Of a stretch of DNA of 64,000 nucleotides, positions 11,793 through 22,489 are shown one piece after another. Where the stretch lies: assembly GCA_963702095.1 (NCBI GenBank), contig OY969706.1, positions 2,208,001 through 2,272,000 of the forward strand, given 5' to 3'. Each line of letters opens with the position of its first letter. Position 1 is the stretch's first letter. A program made the translations under genes and the position numbers. This stretch comes from Candidatus Bathyarchaeota archaeon (lineage in GTDB: Archaea > Thermoproteota > Bathyarchaeia > Bathyarchaeales > Bathycorpusculaceae). Below the pieces are notes generated by a model. That model saw only the letters and a list, made by a program, of their open reading frames with translations, ran no database searches and was not told where the DNA came from.

Positions 11793-12596
11793 TCATGCTT
11801 TAGACCACTGATAAAACAGTTTAGTTAAATTCTCGAATAAGCGGGAATATAAGATTTTCCTAAATCTACTGTAGTAGAGCCGAAGCCTAAGCAGCGACAC
11901 AACCATAAGGAACGATTGCTTTGCATATCCGCCTGATAGTTTGCTCCCGTCTTTTTCAAACCAGCTAATGCCCACTTCCTTAACTTTAAAACCGAAACTT
12001 AAAGAGGAGTAGATAACGTTTACATCGAAGGCGAAGCCAGTTATCAAAAAATCGTTTTTAATCGCATCAATTAAGCGACGGGAAAACACTTTGACGCCGC
12101 ATTGCGTATCCCGAATAGCCCACAGTCTCCAAAAAATCATTCTTGACAGGACATTAAAGGATCGGCTCAAAAAAGTCCGTTGGATGGGTCTTCCGCCTTC
12201 TATTCTGGAGTTCCGGCGATATCGGGAGCCAATTACCAAATCATATTGGCCGGCTAAATCTATCAACCGACGAAGTTCAGCCGCGGGTATGGATCCGTCG
12301 GCGTCCATAAAAGCGATCACGTCGCCTTTGGTGCGTTTTAGGGCTTCCATGATTGCGCCGCCTTTTCCTAGGCGAGAGGGAAAAACAAGGGCAACTGCGT
12401 TGGGGTTTTGGCTTATCAATTCTTCAACGATTTGTTGCGTGCCGTCTGTGCATCCATCCATAACAACGAGGACTTCGCATGTTCGGTCAAAAAGCAGGGG
12501 TTTTGAAGCCATAAGAGCGTTTAAGGTGGTTTCTATCCTAGCTGCTTCATTATAAGCAGGTATCACAACGGAGAGCTGCGGTTTAGCCTCTAGCAA
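11793..12596 (-). CDS. Dolichyl-phosphate hexosyltransferase (GT2, ALG5/DPM1-like)
   Basis: SVVIPAYNEA, MDGCTDGT, GKGGA, FMDADG, DTQCGVK, GFAFDV. Confidence 0.9.
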   Translation of the reverse strand: MLEAKPQLSVVIPAYNEAARIETTLNALMASKPLLFDRTCEVLVVMDGCTDGTQQIVEELISQNPNAVALVFPSRLGKGGAIMEALKRTKGDVIAFMDADGSIPAAELRRLIDLAGQYDLVIGSRYRRNSRIEGGRPIQRTFLSRSFNVLSRMIFWRLWAIRDTQCGVKVFSRRLIDAIKNDFLITGFAFDVNVIYSSLSFGFKVKEVGISWFEKDGSKLSGGYAKQSFLMVVSLLRLRLYYSRFRKILYSRLFENLTKLFYQWSKA

Positions 12597-12869
12597 TCAT
12601 CACCGACCCCTAGAATTTTCCTCAAAAACCAAGCTTTTTCTAGTTGAGCCTTAGAACAAATAGTTGATAGAATCCTAAAAAGCACCTTCTACAAATAATA
12701 TGCTCCCCAGCGTTGATCGGGGAATATATTGTTAGGATAAGAATGCACTCCGAAAACATAAAGGCTTTCGTTGCAGCAAATCCACAAAACAAGCGGAGAC
12801 TAAAGCGGTTTTAGAGTAAATCAACCATCTTGCTTGACGGAAAGAAAAATACAGAGGTAAAAAAGAGGG

Positions 12870-13265
12870 TTAAGCGTATTTTTTGTCGTTGTAGCAGTAC
12901 CATCTTTGATACTGGGGAATCCAAGTTAACGGTTTGCCACATGTTGGACAAAGCGGCGGCGACTGTTGCTGCGGCTGGACTGGCTGAGCGGCTTGAGCAG
13001 GCTGCTGCTGGGTTTGATAGGCACTCGGCTGGTAAGTGTTTTCTGCGACGGGTTTTAAGATTATGAAGTCCGAGGCTGCTTGGATATCTTCCCATGAAAT
13101 GCTTTGGATTTCACCATCTTCTTGTTCCACTGTTAAAGAGATGCCCATTTTTCCAACAGCAAACGCAACGTCCTTGACTTTGCCGACTAAACGACCTTTT
13201 GCGTCAATAACTTGCATCGAAACTAAAGCGTCTCTTGTTAGTGGTTTATCAGTTCCACTCATCAT
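12870..13265 (-). CDS. PRC-barrel protein with Q/P linker and C-terminal zinc ribbon
   Basis: VIDAKGRLVGKVKDV...DFIILK; CPTCGKPLTWIPQYQRWYCYND. Confidence 0.8.
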   Translation of the reverse strand: MMSGTDKPLTRDALVSMQVIDAKGRLVGKVKDVAFAVGKMGISLTVEQEDGEIQSISWEDIQAASDFIILKPVAENTYQPSAYQTQQQPAQAAQPVQPQQQSPPLCPTCGKPLTWIPQYQRWYCYNDKKYA

Positions 13266-13437
13266 TAATCACTCAGCTGTGAATAGTGCGTAGCTTGTTT
13301 AAAGAATTTTCGATTCAGCACCATTAACCATTTCTCGAACTGTAACAGCAAAAACGAAACATTCCACCGTTCAGTTAGAAAGGGCAAGTTAGCTAGTTAG
13401 CAAGGGCTAAATAGTTTAAAATCGGTTCTATACTTGG

Positions 13438-13650
13438 ATGGTTTTCATGACAGAGAATATTGAATTTTCTAACGAGGGAATGACTAAAATTAAGCAGGCA
13501 GCAAACGAATTCAAAGACACAGTGGTAAACTACTTCAAAGATAACAATGTTGAAGTTAAAGACTGGAAATTCTCCGTCGAACACAACGAGGCAAACTACA
13601 TCGTCGACGCTTCCGTCAAAATAGTGATTAAACCAAAAACCCCAAAGTAG
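13438..13650 (+). CDS. Small hypothetical protein
   Basis: 70-aa ORF with protein-like composition, preceded by a TTTAAA box. Confidence 0.65.
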   Translation: MVFMTENIEFSNEGMTKIKQAANEFKDTVVNYFKDNNVEVKDWKFSVEHNEANYIVDASVKIVIKPKTPK

Positions 13651-13676
13651 CCGCTGTTTCGGAGCAAAACAAACAG

Positions 13677-13985
13677 GTGAAAAAACAAAAAAACCCTACA
13701 CCCAACCCATTTTTTGTAGTCTGCGCTAAACTCATTGCAAGCCGCCCCATAACATTCCTCTTAGACCCTTTTATCCCCAGATTACTGACTTCTTTTTTGT
13801 CAGAGAACCTTAAGAAATGGAAAACTATGGGCTGGTTGAAAAGCTATCGCTTCAAAGTGGAGAGAGTAAGAAGGCTAACCTACATGGTAGAAGTGCATGT
13901 TTTGGTTAGTGAGCAGGAAACCAGAAAGAAAGTAATGGAGTACATTTCACAGCTTTTAGGTCCAGCACTAAAAAGCATCGTTTAA
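13677..13985 (+). CDS. Hypothetical protein
   Basis: 102-aa ORF following 13438-13650, converging on the next gene. Confidence 0.5.
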   Translation: MKKQKNPTPNPFFVVCAKLIASRPITFLLDPFIPRLLTSFLSENLKKWKTMGWLKSYRFKVERVRRLTYMVEVHVLVSEQETRKKVMEYISQLLGPALKSIV

Positions 13986-15073
13986 TCAGCTATGCCAGCA
14001 GATGAGATGTTGCTGGGTATACTTGGGCTTTTACGTACAGACGATTTTAATCCTAAAAGATTCACAAGCGGGTACCCGATTAGAACTTGAGACCAATATG
14101 TAAGCAACCGTGAAAGCGTCGTTGCCGCAACCGCCACAGCAACTGGCACACCATAGAGCGAGAACATGCTGATGAAGGTGATTTCAACCGCGCCCACGGG
14201 GAACCCAGCAGTTAAGGTTTCCACAGTAGAAGCTACACAGTAAACGGTTGCTAAATCCAAGATGCCGATTCGGTTGAAGCCTAAAGAATAAAAAACCATT
14301 AGGTAAACCAGCAAATTGAATAACCAAGCGACAACCGCAAAAAAAGCTGGTTTCACCAGCAAACGTGGATGGCCACGGTATGTTTTAAAGGCTTCAGTGA
14401 AGGAGAACAGGGTTTTCTGGAGATTCTCTTTTTCTTGCTCCAGTTTTGAGCGTCTTTTAATGATAAGGCGGAGGATTTTCATTAGGAAGTCAACGATTTT
14501 TTCTGCTGTGCCCTCTTTGAAAACCACGTAGAAAACCATCCCTAAAACCGCAAGGGTTCCAGCAGTAATCAGGACTACAATCGTTAAGAGGTAAGATGGC
14601 ACCGCGTGAGTTAACGCCAACGCAACGAAGCCGACGATTAAGCCGCCAGTGTAGACGAAGGTGCTTATTACGCGTGAACTTACGACTGTGGCAGAGGAGA
14701 CGCCGATGTCGGCTTGGGGTTCTCTTTGGGCAAGGTAGATTCTTGTGGCTTCCCCGCAGACGGTCTCGCAGGGGATAATCATTTCGACAAAGTTGCCTAT
14801 CCAGTTATAGAGCATTATGCGTCGAAACCGGATTTTCACCGCTAAAGCATCAAGCAAGTAATACCAGATTAGAGAGTCAAAGAAGATAGCTAAAACCACT
14901 GAGAGTATGGCTAAAGAGTAGAAGAGAGCGTAATCGCGCAGGTTCAGGGTACTGAGCAACGTTAAGAAACCCTGCAGGTCGCCGAAGAAAACCAAGTAAG
15001 TTATGAACGCAATCAACCCTATGAACATCAGCAAAATGGTTTTTCGTGTGAGCAGACCTGGCGAATTTAGCAT
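13982..15073 (-). CDS. UPF0104 / lysylphosphatidylglycerol-synthase TM (flippase-like) protein
   Basis: GNFVEMIIP...GEATRIY, GAVE, TLSRLLTYW. Confidence 0.85.
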   Translation of the reverse strand: MLNSPGLLTRKTILLMFIGLIAFITYLVFFGDLQGFLTLLSTLNLRDYALFYSLAILSVVLAIFFDSLIWYYLLDALAVKIRFRRIMLYNWIGNFVEMIIPCETVCGEATRIYLAQREPQADIGVSSATVVSSRVISTFVYTGGLIVGFVALALTHAVPSYLLTIVVLITAGTLAVLGMVFYVVFKEGTAEKIVDFLMKILRLIIKRRSKLEQEKENLQKTLFSFTEAFKTYRGHPRLLVKPAFFAVVAWLFNLLVYLMVFYSLGFNRIGILDLATVYCVASTVETLTAGFPVGAVEITFISMFSLYGVPVAVAVAATTLSRLLTYWSQVLIGYPLVNLLGLKSSVRKSPSIPSNISSAGIAD

Positions 15074-15194
15074 AGGTCTGTTTCTCTCGTAGGCTTAAGC
15101 ATGTTACGGGTTGACCCCAACAAGGGCTTGTTGCTATTTATGTCAATTGCCAAAGTCAGCGTAAAGGTAAACGCAAGACAACAAAAATATGAGG

Positions 15195-15725
15195 CTACTG
15201 CAAGGGGATTTCCCAGTAACTGATGATGTCGCCCTTCACCCATCTGCCGCCTAAACTGCGCACCGTCTCGTTTATGTCGTCCCATTCAGCCTTCAGAAAC
15301 ACCACGGGCTTAACAATAACCGAGTTGCCTTTAACGGTGAAACTGAGCAGTTTACGTTCATCGGGGCTGAATTCATTCTCCATTTTTGCTGCATAACGAC
15401 TCGATGGCGGCGGCGTTGGCTTGACAATTGAGGGACTAGTTTCTAGTTTAGGCTCAACTCGCAGCACGCCAGCTATTGGCTTAGGCAAAGGTGCAGGTTG
15501 GGTTTCTGCTTTTGCTATTAGTGGCAGTTCTGGGATAGGCACTGCTTCTTCCACATCATCGAAGCTGTCGCTTCTAACAACCAACTGGACCTGTTTGGCA
15601 GCTAAATCCATTTTGGCGTCGAGAAGTTCTAAATCGCTTGGTACACTGGAGGTCCAAGGCGAAGGCTTTCCTTGCAGTAGAGCAACAGATTGTTCAGGTG
15701 TCAATTTGATGATTCGCAGCTTCAT
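15195..15725 (-). CDS. Hypothetical protein
   Basis: 176-aa ORF, Pro-rich linker, C-terminal WDDINETVRSLGGRW...YWEIP domain. Confidence 0.75.
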   Translation of the reverse strand: MKLRIIKLTPEQSVALLQGKPSPWTSSVPSDLELLDAKMDLAAKQVQLVVRSDSFDDVEEAVPIPELPLIAKAETQPAPLPKPIAGVLRVEPKLETSPSIVKPTPPPSSRYAAKMENEFSPDERKLLSFTVKGNSVIVKPVVFLKAEWDDINETVRSLGGRWVKGDIISYWEIPLQ

Positions 15726-15806
15726 GTGGACTCGCTCACATGCTTTAAAGGAGCGGTTAACTTAAAAGTATTGGAAAACAGCAAAAAGGAAGAGTTTGGT
15801 TGTGTG

Positions 15807-16454
15807 TTAAGCTTGTTTTTTACTGCGCCATTCTGCAAAGTTGCCTGTGTACATACCCCATGTTCGTAGCTTTGGGGAGATTGCCCTGATTAGCGCTGGA
15901 CAAGCGATTAGTACAATTGGCAAGTTAATGAAGAAAGTCGGCACCAAAATCGTCAACGCCAACTCGGCGGTGAACAGTTGTGGCAGTACTGTGTATTGGT
16001 AGAGGATATAGCTTGTTCCCGCTAACAGGCTGATGGCTAATACAGATAGCATGGCGGCAAGGTTACGTTTGTTTCCGTCTTCAGCGGCTTTTTTGGGGAT
16101 GAGCACCCAGTTTATGAGGTAGATTAGAAGGGCAACTATGGATTCGAAGATGCCCAGAAAGCCTAAACCTTCGATGAAGGCGCCGCCGATGAAGCCGCCG
16201 ATCATTGCGCCGACCAGTCCGCTCCAGCCGAACCAGATGGGGAACACTCCGAGGAGGATTATGGGGAGATAGAGGAGGGTGAAGTTGGGGAGGGTGATGG
16301 TGTAGGAGAGGAAGAAGAATATTGTGTAGAGGGCTGCGGTTATGGCGATTATTGAGGCGCGTTTTGCGCTGCTCTGTTTGGGGGGTAACATTTTTTGGTT
16401 TCCTTTGTTGGTTTTAAGGTTTGGAAATGGTTGAATCAATAAAAGCGTTGCCAC
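15807..16454 (-). CDS. ECF-type S-component/QueT-like membrane protein (true start probably at MLPP, ~16391)
   Basis: IAITAALY, FPIWFGWSGLVGAMIGGFIG, about 6 TM helices. Confidence 0.6.
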   Translation of the reverse strand: MATLLLIQPFPNLKTNKGNQKMLPPKQSSAKRASIIAITAALYTIFFFLSYTITLPNFTLLYLPIILLGVFPIWFGWSGLVGAMIGGFIGGAFIEGLGFLGIFESIVALLIYLINWVLIPKKAAEDGNKRNLAAMLSVLAISLLAGTSYILYQYTVLPQLFTAELALTILVPTFFINLPIVLIACPALIRAISPKLRTWGMYTGNFAEWRSKKQA

Positions 16455-16560
16455 ATGTAAGACAACTGTGATACAGGCAAATTCTTTGGCGGCTCCCGCT
16501 TACACAACCAAGTATAAAAGATAAAACAGCCATTGAAAACCAGCCACACGCTGATAGAAA

Positions 16561-17580
16561 ATGACCGACAAAACCACCCTCTTCCTCATAGCAGCCGCAA
16601 TCACCCTCATAGCCCTAAACGCCACCACCGCCATCGCCGCCTACCCCGAAACCTACACCCCCAGCCCCGGCATAACCACCAACGGCGACTTATTAGCAAA
16701 AGACTTCTCAGCATACTACGTCGGCGCATACCGACTCTGGAACACCCCCACGCAAATCTACAGTTTGGGCGCACTAGGCGGCAGTGAACCCCTAACGCCT
16801 CCGCATCCAGAAGCCTACAAGTACCTCCCCAACTTCCTCCTCGTCGCCACACCCTTCCTCGCCTTACCCTATCAGCAGGCACTGTGGGCTTTTGACATCA
16901 TCCAATTCGCGCTTTTACCGCTTATGGCATACTTAATCTACAAACTCTTAAACGGCAAACACCCTGCAGTGATCTTTGCGGTGTTGGTTGTGGTGTTGCT
17001 GCTGCCATTTCCAGGGACGCAGTGGGGTTTGTTTCCAAGCTACTATTGGCAATGGGGAGAAGGCCAAGCAAAAGTTTTCCTGACTTTCCTGCTTCTGTTA
17101 AGCTTCTATTTCGGCAAACAAAACAAACCCGTCCTCTCGGGGTTGGCGTTTGCATTCGGGTTCTTTGACCCCCGCTTTGGACTACTGGCAATCCCGCTCT
17201 ACGTCATGTATAACCGCAGACACCTCAAAGCGGCAGGTCTTAGCGCCTTGGGATTTTTGGGTTTATCAAATGTGATGCTGCTCTATCCGGGGTTGGGTTC
17301 AGCGTTTCTGTCCATGGTTTTTGGCGCTGGGCTAATGACGCCGCTGTATTACTATGCGTTGATTCCACTGCTCACCCTGCTGGCGCTTATGCTGGTGAAT
17401 TTTAAGGAGTTGGTTGCGGCGTTTGATTACAAGGGAGTTTTAGCTGGTTTCACGGGCGCCAAAACGCAATTGGACAGGAGAAGTGGTGAGTCTGTTCCTA
17501 CTCCAACGGCAAGAGTAACCCCAGATAGAAGGGAGAGGGGTCTCCAACCGCTTCACAGGCTCTCCTCACCAAGCAGCTAA
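16561..17580 (+). CDS. GT87-family membrane glycosyltransferase
   Basis: KDFSAYY, YKYLP, GQ motif, hydrophobic helices. Confidence 0.75.
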   Translation: MTDKTTLFLIAAAITLIALNATTAIAAYPETYTPSPGITTNGDLLAKDFSAYYVGAYRLWNTPTQIYSLGALGGSEPLTPPHPEAYKYLPNFLLVATPFLALPYQQALWAFDIIQFALLPLMAYLIYKLLNGKHPAVIFAVLVVVLLLPFPGTQWGLFPSYYWQWGEGQAKVFLTFLLLLSFYFGKQNKPVLSGLAFAFGFFDPRFGLLAIPLYVMYNRRHLKAAGLSALGFLGLSNVMLLYPGLGSAFLSMVFGAGLMTPLYYYALIPLLTLLALMLVNFKELVAAFDYKGVLAGFTGAKTQLDRRSGESVPTPTARVTPDRRERGLQPLHRLSSPSS

Positions 17581-17634
17581 ACACTAACTTGATTGATTTA
17601 AAGCCATCGCAACTAACGGGTAGGTCGTTTTTTG

Positions 17635-17768
17635 GTTTTTTCTATAGTAGTTGTTGCAGGAAACCGCCTATACACAACAACAACCAGCGGCTTGTGCAGG
17701 CGACCCCGTTTTTGAATCAGCTATCCCCTGTAACTGCAGACTGGTTGTGGCTGAATCTACAAACAGAA
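17635..17768 (+). repeat. Dispersed repeat family C, copy 1 (inverted copy at 61423-61556)
   Basis: Shared TATAGT.GTTGTTGCAG.AAACC.CCTATACACAACAACAACCAGCGG, then 44 variable nt, then TGCAG.C.GGT.GTGG...ACAAACAGAA. Confidence 0.8.
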
Positions 17769-17781
17769 AGGACTAATTGAC

Positions 17782-19149
17782 TTATCGGCGTCTCTTAAAG
17801 AAAACAACCACACCAGCCACCACACCGACAACGGCAACAGCTAATACGCCAATGATGACAAACGCCAAGGAGAAAAGTTCAACGCTAAAAGTCAACGGTT
17901 CAGAAGCACCCATATTACCATACGTATCATTAGCGAAGATTTGGATGCTATGAGTACCACTGGATAGCCCCGTCAAAGTAAAGTTACCCGCCACCGTCAC
18001 GTTCCCCTGCCCATCAAGACAATAACCAACCCAATCCACAGCCTTATCTACACAAAAAACCAAAGGAACAGACGAATTATTAGTAGCCGTCCCATTCAAC
18101 GACGACTCCAGCGTAACATTTGGAGGAGAATGCTCTAATACGTAAATAGGATCAGGCGAACCATAACCAAACGGAGTATACACCTCACAATAGTCATTTC
18201 TTTCATGGCTATAGTCTGCTGGACCAGCCCAAGAGGAATAACCGCCAAATGTGTAGAGCTTGTCATCTACAACAGCAGAAATTAGGTCAAAACGCCCAGT
18301 GGGCATGGGTTTTCCATACGTCCAATTATCATTCACAGGATCATATACTTGCACAGCAGACGAGCTGGAAAAGAATTCTAGCCCATGCCCGCCCAACAGA
18401 TAAATTCTTCTAAGAGCATTTGCGCCTGCCACCGCACCAATCGCTGCGTCTATTACGTTTTTAGGCATAGACGCACCTATGCTCCAAGAATCATTGTGGG
18501 GATCATATATTTGGTTGAAACTGGAGTAGGGATCATCGATTTGTTCACCCATTACGTAAATTTTGCCGCCACTAACGGCAGAAACACAAAGAGGAGACGC
18601 ATAAGACATGGGTGCTTTTGTAGACCATGAGTTGTTTGTAACATTGTACGCTTGGTTTGAGAGAGAACGCGCTAATGTTCCATTCATAAAATCTCCGCCG
18701 ATCACGTAAATTTCATCCCCGACAGCGCTTCCCGTCACAAAATATCGAACTTCTGACAATGGAGCCGTAGTTCCCCACGTATCAGTATAGGGGTCATAAA
18801 CCGCGCCTTCGGCAGTCGCAGTTGCATTCTGGCTCCAGCCGCCCAATAAGTAGATTTTGTTCTGGCACACAGCAGTTGCAAAACCCATTCTGGGCATAGG
18901 CATTGGCGACTTTGTGGTCCAAGAATTATTTTCGAGGTCAAACAGATAAGTATCGTAAGGACCCATAACGTAGATTTTCCCGTCAACAACTGCTGCTCCA
19001 CCGCCGGTTATGCCCTTGGGCATCGAAGCTTTAATCTCCCAGGTATTTTCACTATCGGTGGCAGCTAAAGCAGGCTCAACATACACCAGCAAGGATGACA
19101 ATAGAAGAGCAACTGATAAAATGATGGACAAAACACTATACGCTTTCAT
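17782..19149 (-). CDS. Secreted Kelch-repeat protein with Ig-like domain and C-terminal membrane anchor
   Basis: Signal peptide, six Kelch repeats (KIYVxGG...YDP...W), GTHSIQIFANDTYGN, TM helix then KRRR. Confidence 0.9.
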   Translation of the reverse strand: MKAYSVLSIILSVALLLSSLLVYVEPALAATDSENTWEIKASMPKGITGGGAAVVDGKIYVMGPYDTYLFDLENNSWTTKSPMPMPRMGFATAVCQNKIYLLGGWSQNATATAEGAVYDPYTDTWGTTAPLSEVRYFVTGSAVGDEIYVIGGDFMNGTLARSLSNQAYNVTNNSWSTKAPMSYASPLCVSAVSGGKIYVMGEQIDDPYSSFNQIYDPHNDSWSIGASMPKNVIDAAIGAVAGANALRRIYLLGGHGLEFFSSSSAVQVYDPVNDNWTYGKPMPTGRFDLISAVVDDKLYTFGGYSSWAGPADYSHERNDYCEVYTPFGYGSPDPIYVLEHSPPNVTLESSLNGTATNNSSVPLVFCVDKAVDWVGYCLDGQGNVTVAGNFTLTGLSSGTHSIQIFANDTYGNMGASEPLTFSVELFSLAFVIIGVLAVAVVGVVAGVVVFFKRRR

Positions 19150-19255
19150 ACTATCGTCATCCTAAAACCTATTATTGGTGTAAACGATAAATAGTTTGCT
19201 AGTTGAATAAAAAAATAAAAAAGGAAAAAGGAAATTTGAATCGGTTTACACTTGT

Positions 19256-21491
19256 TTAATAGGTCCATAAGACATCTATTGAGTTGCCAGTGCCAGTCCA
19301 ATACCAGTCCGCTGAAGAGTAGTGCATCGATGAATCAGCATAGTTGTATGCCCACATGAAGTACCCATTCCAACCAGTGAAATCAAAGTAGTTGCTTCCG
19401 TAAGGCAATTGAATATTGGTGCTACCCATAAAAGTGATGAGGTCAGGACTTCCGCCCCAGGTTTGATACCAATTGATTGTAGTAGTGTAGGTGTTTTGAA
19501 CGAATACAGGAGTAAGCGTAGTGTCACTCGCCATGTAGATATAGATCGGATTTTCATAAGCGTTGTACCAACCGTCTAAAATCCAATGGTCAAAAGCGTA
19601 GCCAGAGCCAGTATCAGGATAAGCAGTTACTGTTGCGGTTGAATCTTCCATGTATTCTGGAGCGCCTGCGGGTGTGGTGTATCCTCCGGTAGCTGATGAG
19701 ATGTATAGTGTGTTATCGTGTGCCACTAGATGTATGGATGAATCGCCGATAATATGCATCTGACCGGGGCCCCACCACCCATAATCTGGAACCATCGTTT
19801 GCTGGTACCATGCAGTGTAACCTGAGGATAGAGGTATATGAAGTGTAGAGGGCATAAACGGTTGCATCGTCTATTGATTGGGAAATACATTTGCCCTCAA
19901 CTATTGCGCTGTAGTAGAAGCGATCAATGAAGTCCTTGAGCGGACGGTCCCACGATGGCTCTCCAAAAAAAGCTCCAGTGTCATTTCCGATTTGAGGCGA
20001 GGCACCGGAGAAGCCTATAAAGCAGTTGCCAGCTAAATCATGGAGCCATGCATAGACCATGTCTGAAGGGACTCCACTTTGTGTCTGTGAACATACCCAT
20101 AAGAACACGAATCGATCTTGCCGGAAGTAGTTAAATCACGTATATCATCTGATTTTATCCAAGTACCTGTGTTGTCAACGAAGCCAGGGTCTGAATAATC
20201 GTGTGCATCTGCTAGATGTCCAAAATGGAATACCATAGTAAATTCGCGAAGAAGTCACCGGCAATGCGGTTACTGTTGAAGACGCTAAACTGGATACAAT
20301 CGTTAGACAGAATAATGCAGCCCAAAGCTTGCGATTGAACAGTTTCTTGGCGCCTGATAGCGAAGCCCTTCTACTGGTGGCAATTAGTGCTCCTGTGCAT
20401 AAAATTGCTCCAAAGGCAATTGGGATAATTATCGTTAGTGACGCTTGGCCTTGGCTTGTTTCTTTGCTGGCTAAGGTTTGATTTTTATATGTACCTTCCG
20501 CCGTCATCAGACCCGTAGCGGCAATTTTGCCTGTGTCAGCCCAAACTCTAACAGCCACTCCAGTTACGTCTCCTGGATATGCTTTAGTGAAACCCAAGGG
20601 AATATTCCAGCATGGGTAGAAAGTATATATGTCAGAGTTGCGGGCGCGGCTTTGATCTGGGCAGTTAACGTAGCCTATCGCAGTTTTATTTAGAGACTCT
20701 GGATTAAGTTGGAAACCAGCCACTGAGATAGATGTTGTAACGTTATCGATGTCAATTTGATAAGTGAACTTTTGTGCAGCCGACAAGGCGTTTTTCACAG
20801 CTTGCTCTTTAGTTATTGCACATTGTACATCGGCTATTTTGTATAAAGGCCAATTATTCAGGAATAATTTTAGTCTTCCTTGATCGTAGCTGAGGACAAC
20901 GTTTTTGGATGGAGCAGTAATGCCTTTCTCATCTACGTATGTCCAGGCATAATCTATGGTTTTTTGGTCTGCATTCGTTATCTTAAGCATGACATTATTC
21001 GCAGTTTTTGTAGAATTGTTGTCTACATTTATGTCGTTGAGTGTTGAGGCAAGTTTACTGTATAGTGAGTCACCAGTGTAGGCTTGGTATTTTGTTAGAA
21101 AGTCCTTAGCCATGCCAACTGAGTCGCTGACTGTTTTTGCCTTGGCAAAGGACCCGGAATATTCGCTTAAATAAAGTAGGTGCAAAGAATCATGTATATA
21201 GGATGCGCTTATCCTAACTGATGTCTGGTTTCCTGTTAGGGTTATGTCGGTTGTAGGCTCAGAATTATCGTAAGACTTGTCAACTGGTGAATTAAGTTTT
21301 GTCGAATAGGCAGTAGTATCTATGTTTAGAATATTATTGAGTATTGTGTTAGTTTTCTCTTGAGTAGATATCGTTGATGCTTTTGTGCTTGGCAAGAAGC
21401 TGAAGATACTTGAAATTAGAAGAAGTGTTAAGAGGACTGTGGTTATGAAAAGTTTTTGTTTGGAGATTTTATTCATTCTAATTACCTCCAT
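19256..21491 (-). CDS. Large secreted/membrane protein broken by about three frameshifts (or pseudogene)
   Basis: ORFs 20175-21491, 20033-20236, 19713-20108 and 19256-19867 overlap successively; signal peptide; GYAFDHWILDG InlB-B-repeat-like segment. Confidence 0.6.
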
Positions 21492-21837
21492 ATTGTGAGG
21501 CGGAAACCTCCTGTTTTCCGCTTGATCTTTTTTGTCCTTCGATTAGGACTGGGTGGTTACTCGCCCCCAAAGCAGTTTAGCTCTGGATAGGCACCCGTTG
21601 ATTGTTTGAGAATATAAAATTAATTAACTGTTAAGAATCAATTGATACGTAGCTAGAGAAGCGATTGTTTACATATAACTATTAAAAATATTCATAGCAA
21701 AAATTAAGGATACGATTCTGACGTTGGTACATAAACTAAACGGCAAACAGGATTCGTCAAACTTATCTTGACTCAGGCAAACCGCCTGGAATTTAAATAA
21801 AAAAGGATTTTTCTCTTGGGATGATAAGTTAGCGTAA

Positions 21838-22341
21838 TCAGAGGTGCTGGCTGATCAGCTTTGCCATATCGACTGCAGAGAGGTCGTATTTGCAGTTAGG
21901 GCAGGCTTTCTGTACTTCCTGTTTAGCGCCGACTTTGAGCGGTGCACCGCAGTGGCAGCAGAAGTACGTGAGGGTTTGTCCTCGACTGGTTAATTCAGCT
22001 ACAAGCTCATCCAAAGTCAATGGCTTGGAGGGGTGTCCCTTAAGCTTTTTTCGTGCAGCCGCTACTTTCTCTTTTGCTTGAGCTACCACGGCTGGGTCTT
22101 TGCTGGTGGTGAAGAACTCGCATCTGGCGCTTTGCAGGTAGGGTTCGTCGAGTTCGGTGCCGTAGAGTTCACATAAGCCTGTATGGAAAAAGACGCATGC
22201 TAAGCAACTGTTTTTTCGGTATTCGGAGTCGAGGACTTTGTAACAGGAGGGGCAGACTTCGACTTCTTTGCCGTTTTTTACGGAGTGTAAGGCGATGCCG
22301 CGGTAGGGTTGATTGCAGACTTGACAGATTGATTTTCCCAT
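21838..22341 (-). CDS. Cys-rich multi-zinc-ribbon protein
   Basis: CQVC, CPSC, CLAC, CCHCG, CPNC. Confidence 0.75.
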   Translation of the reverse strand: MGKSICQVCNQPYRGIALHSVKNGKEVEVCPSCYKVLDSEYRKNSCLACVFFHTGLCELYGTELDEPYLQSARCEFFTTSKDPAVVAQAKEKVAAARKKLKGHPSKPLTLDELVAELTSRGQTLTYFCCHCGAPLKVGAKQEVQKACPNCKYDLSAVDMAKLISQHL

Positions 22342-22489
22342 TGTAATCGCACATTGAAGGTGAAAAAGGCTTATTTAATGTTCGCCAACAAAACTCGATT
22401 TCAATAGGGCAATATCCAAAGGGCATCAGTAAAAACATCGAGATTTAGAGCTTTTTGGCATAAACTAAATACATGGTGCTTAATACTTT

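Noticed and set aside
17485-17573. GGTGAG/CTCACC-closed hairpin at the end of the GT87 gene, resembling family A
   Set aside because: The central 4-bp helix cannot be formed and no interior motifs are shared.
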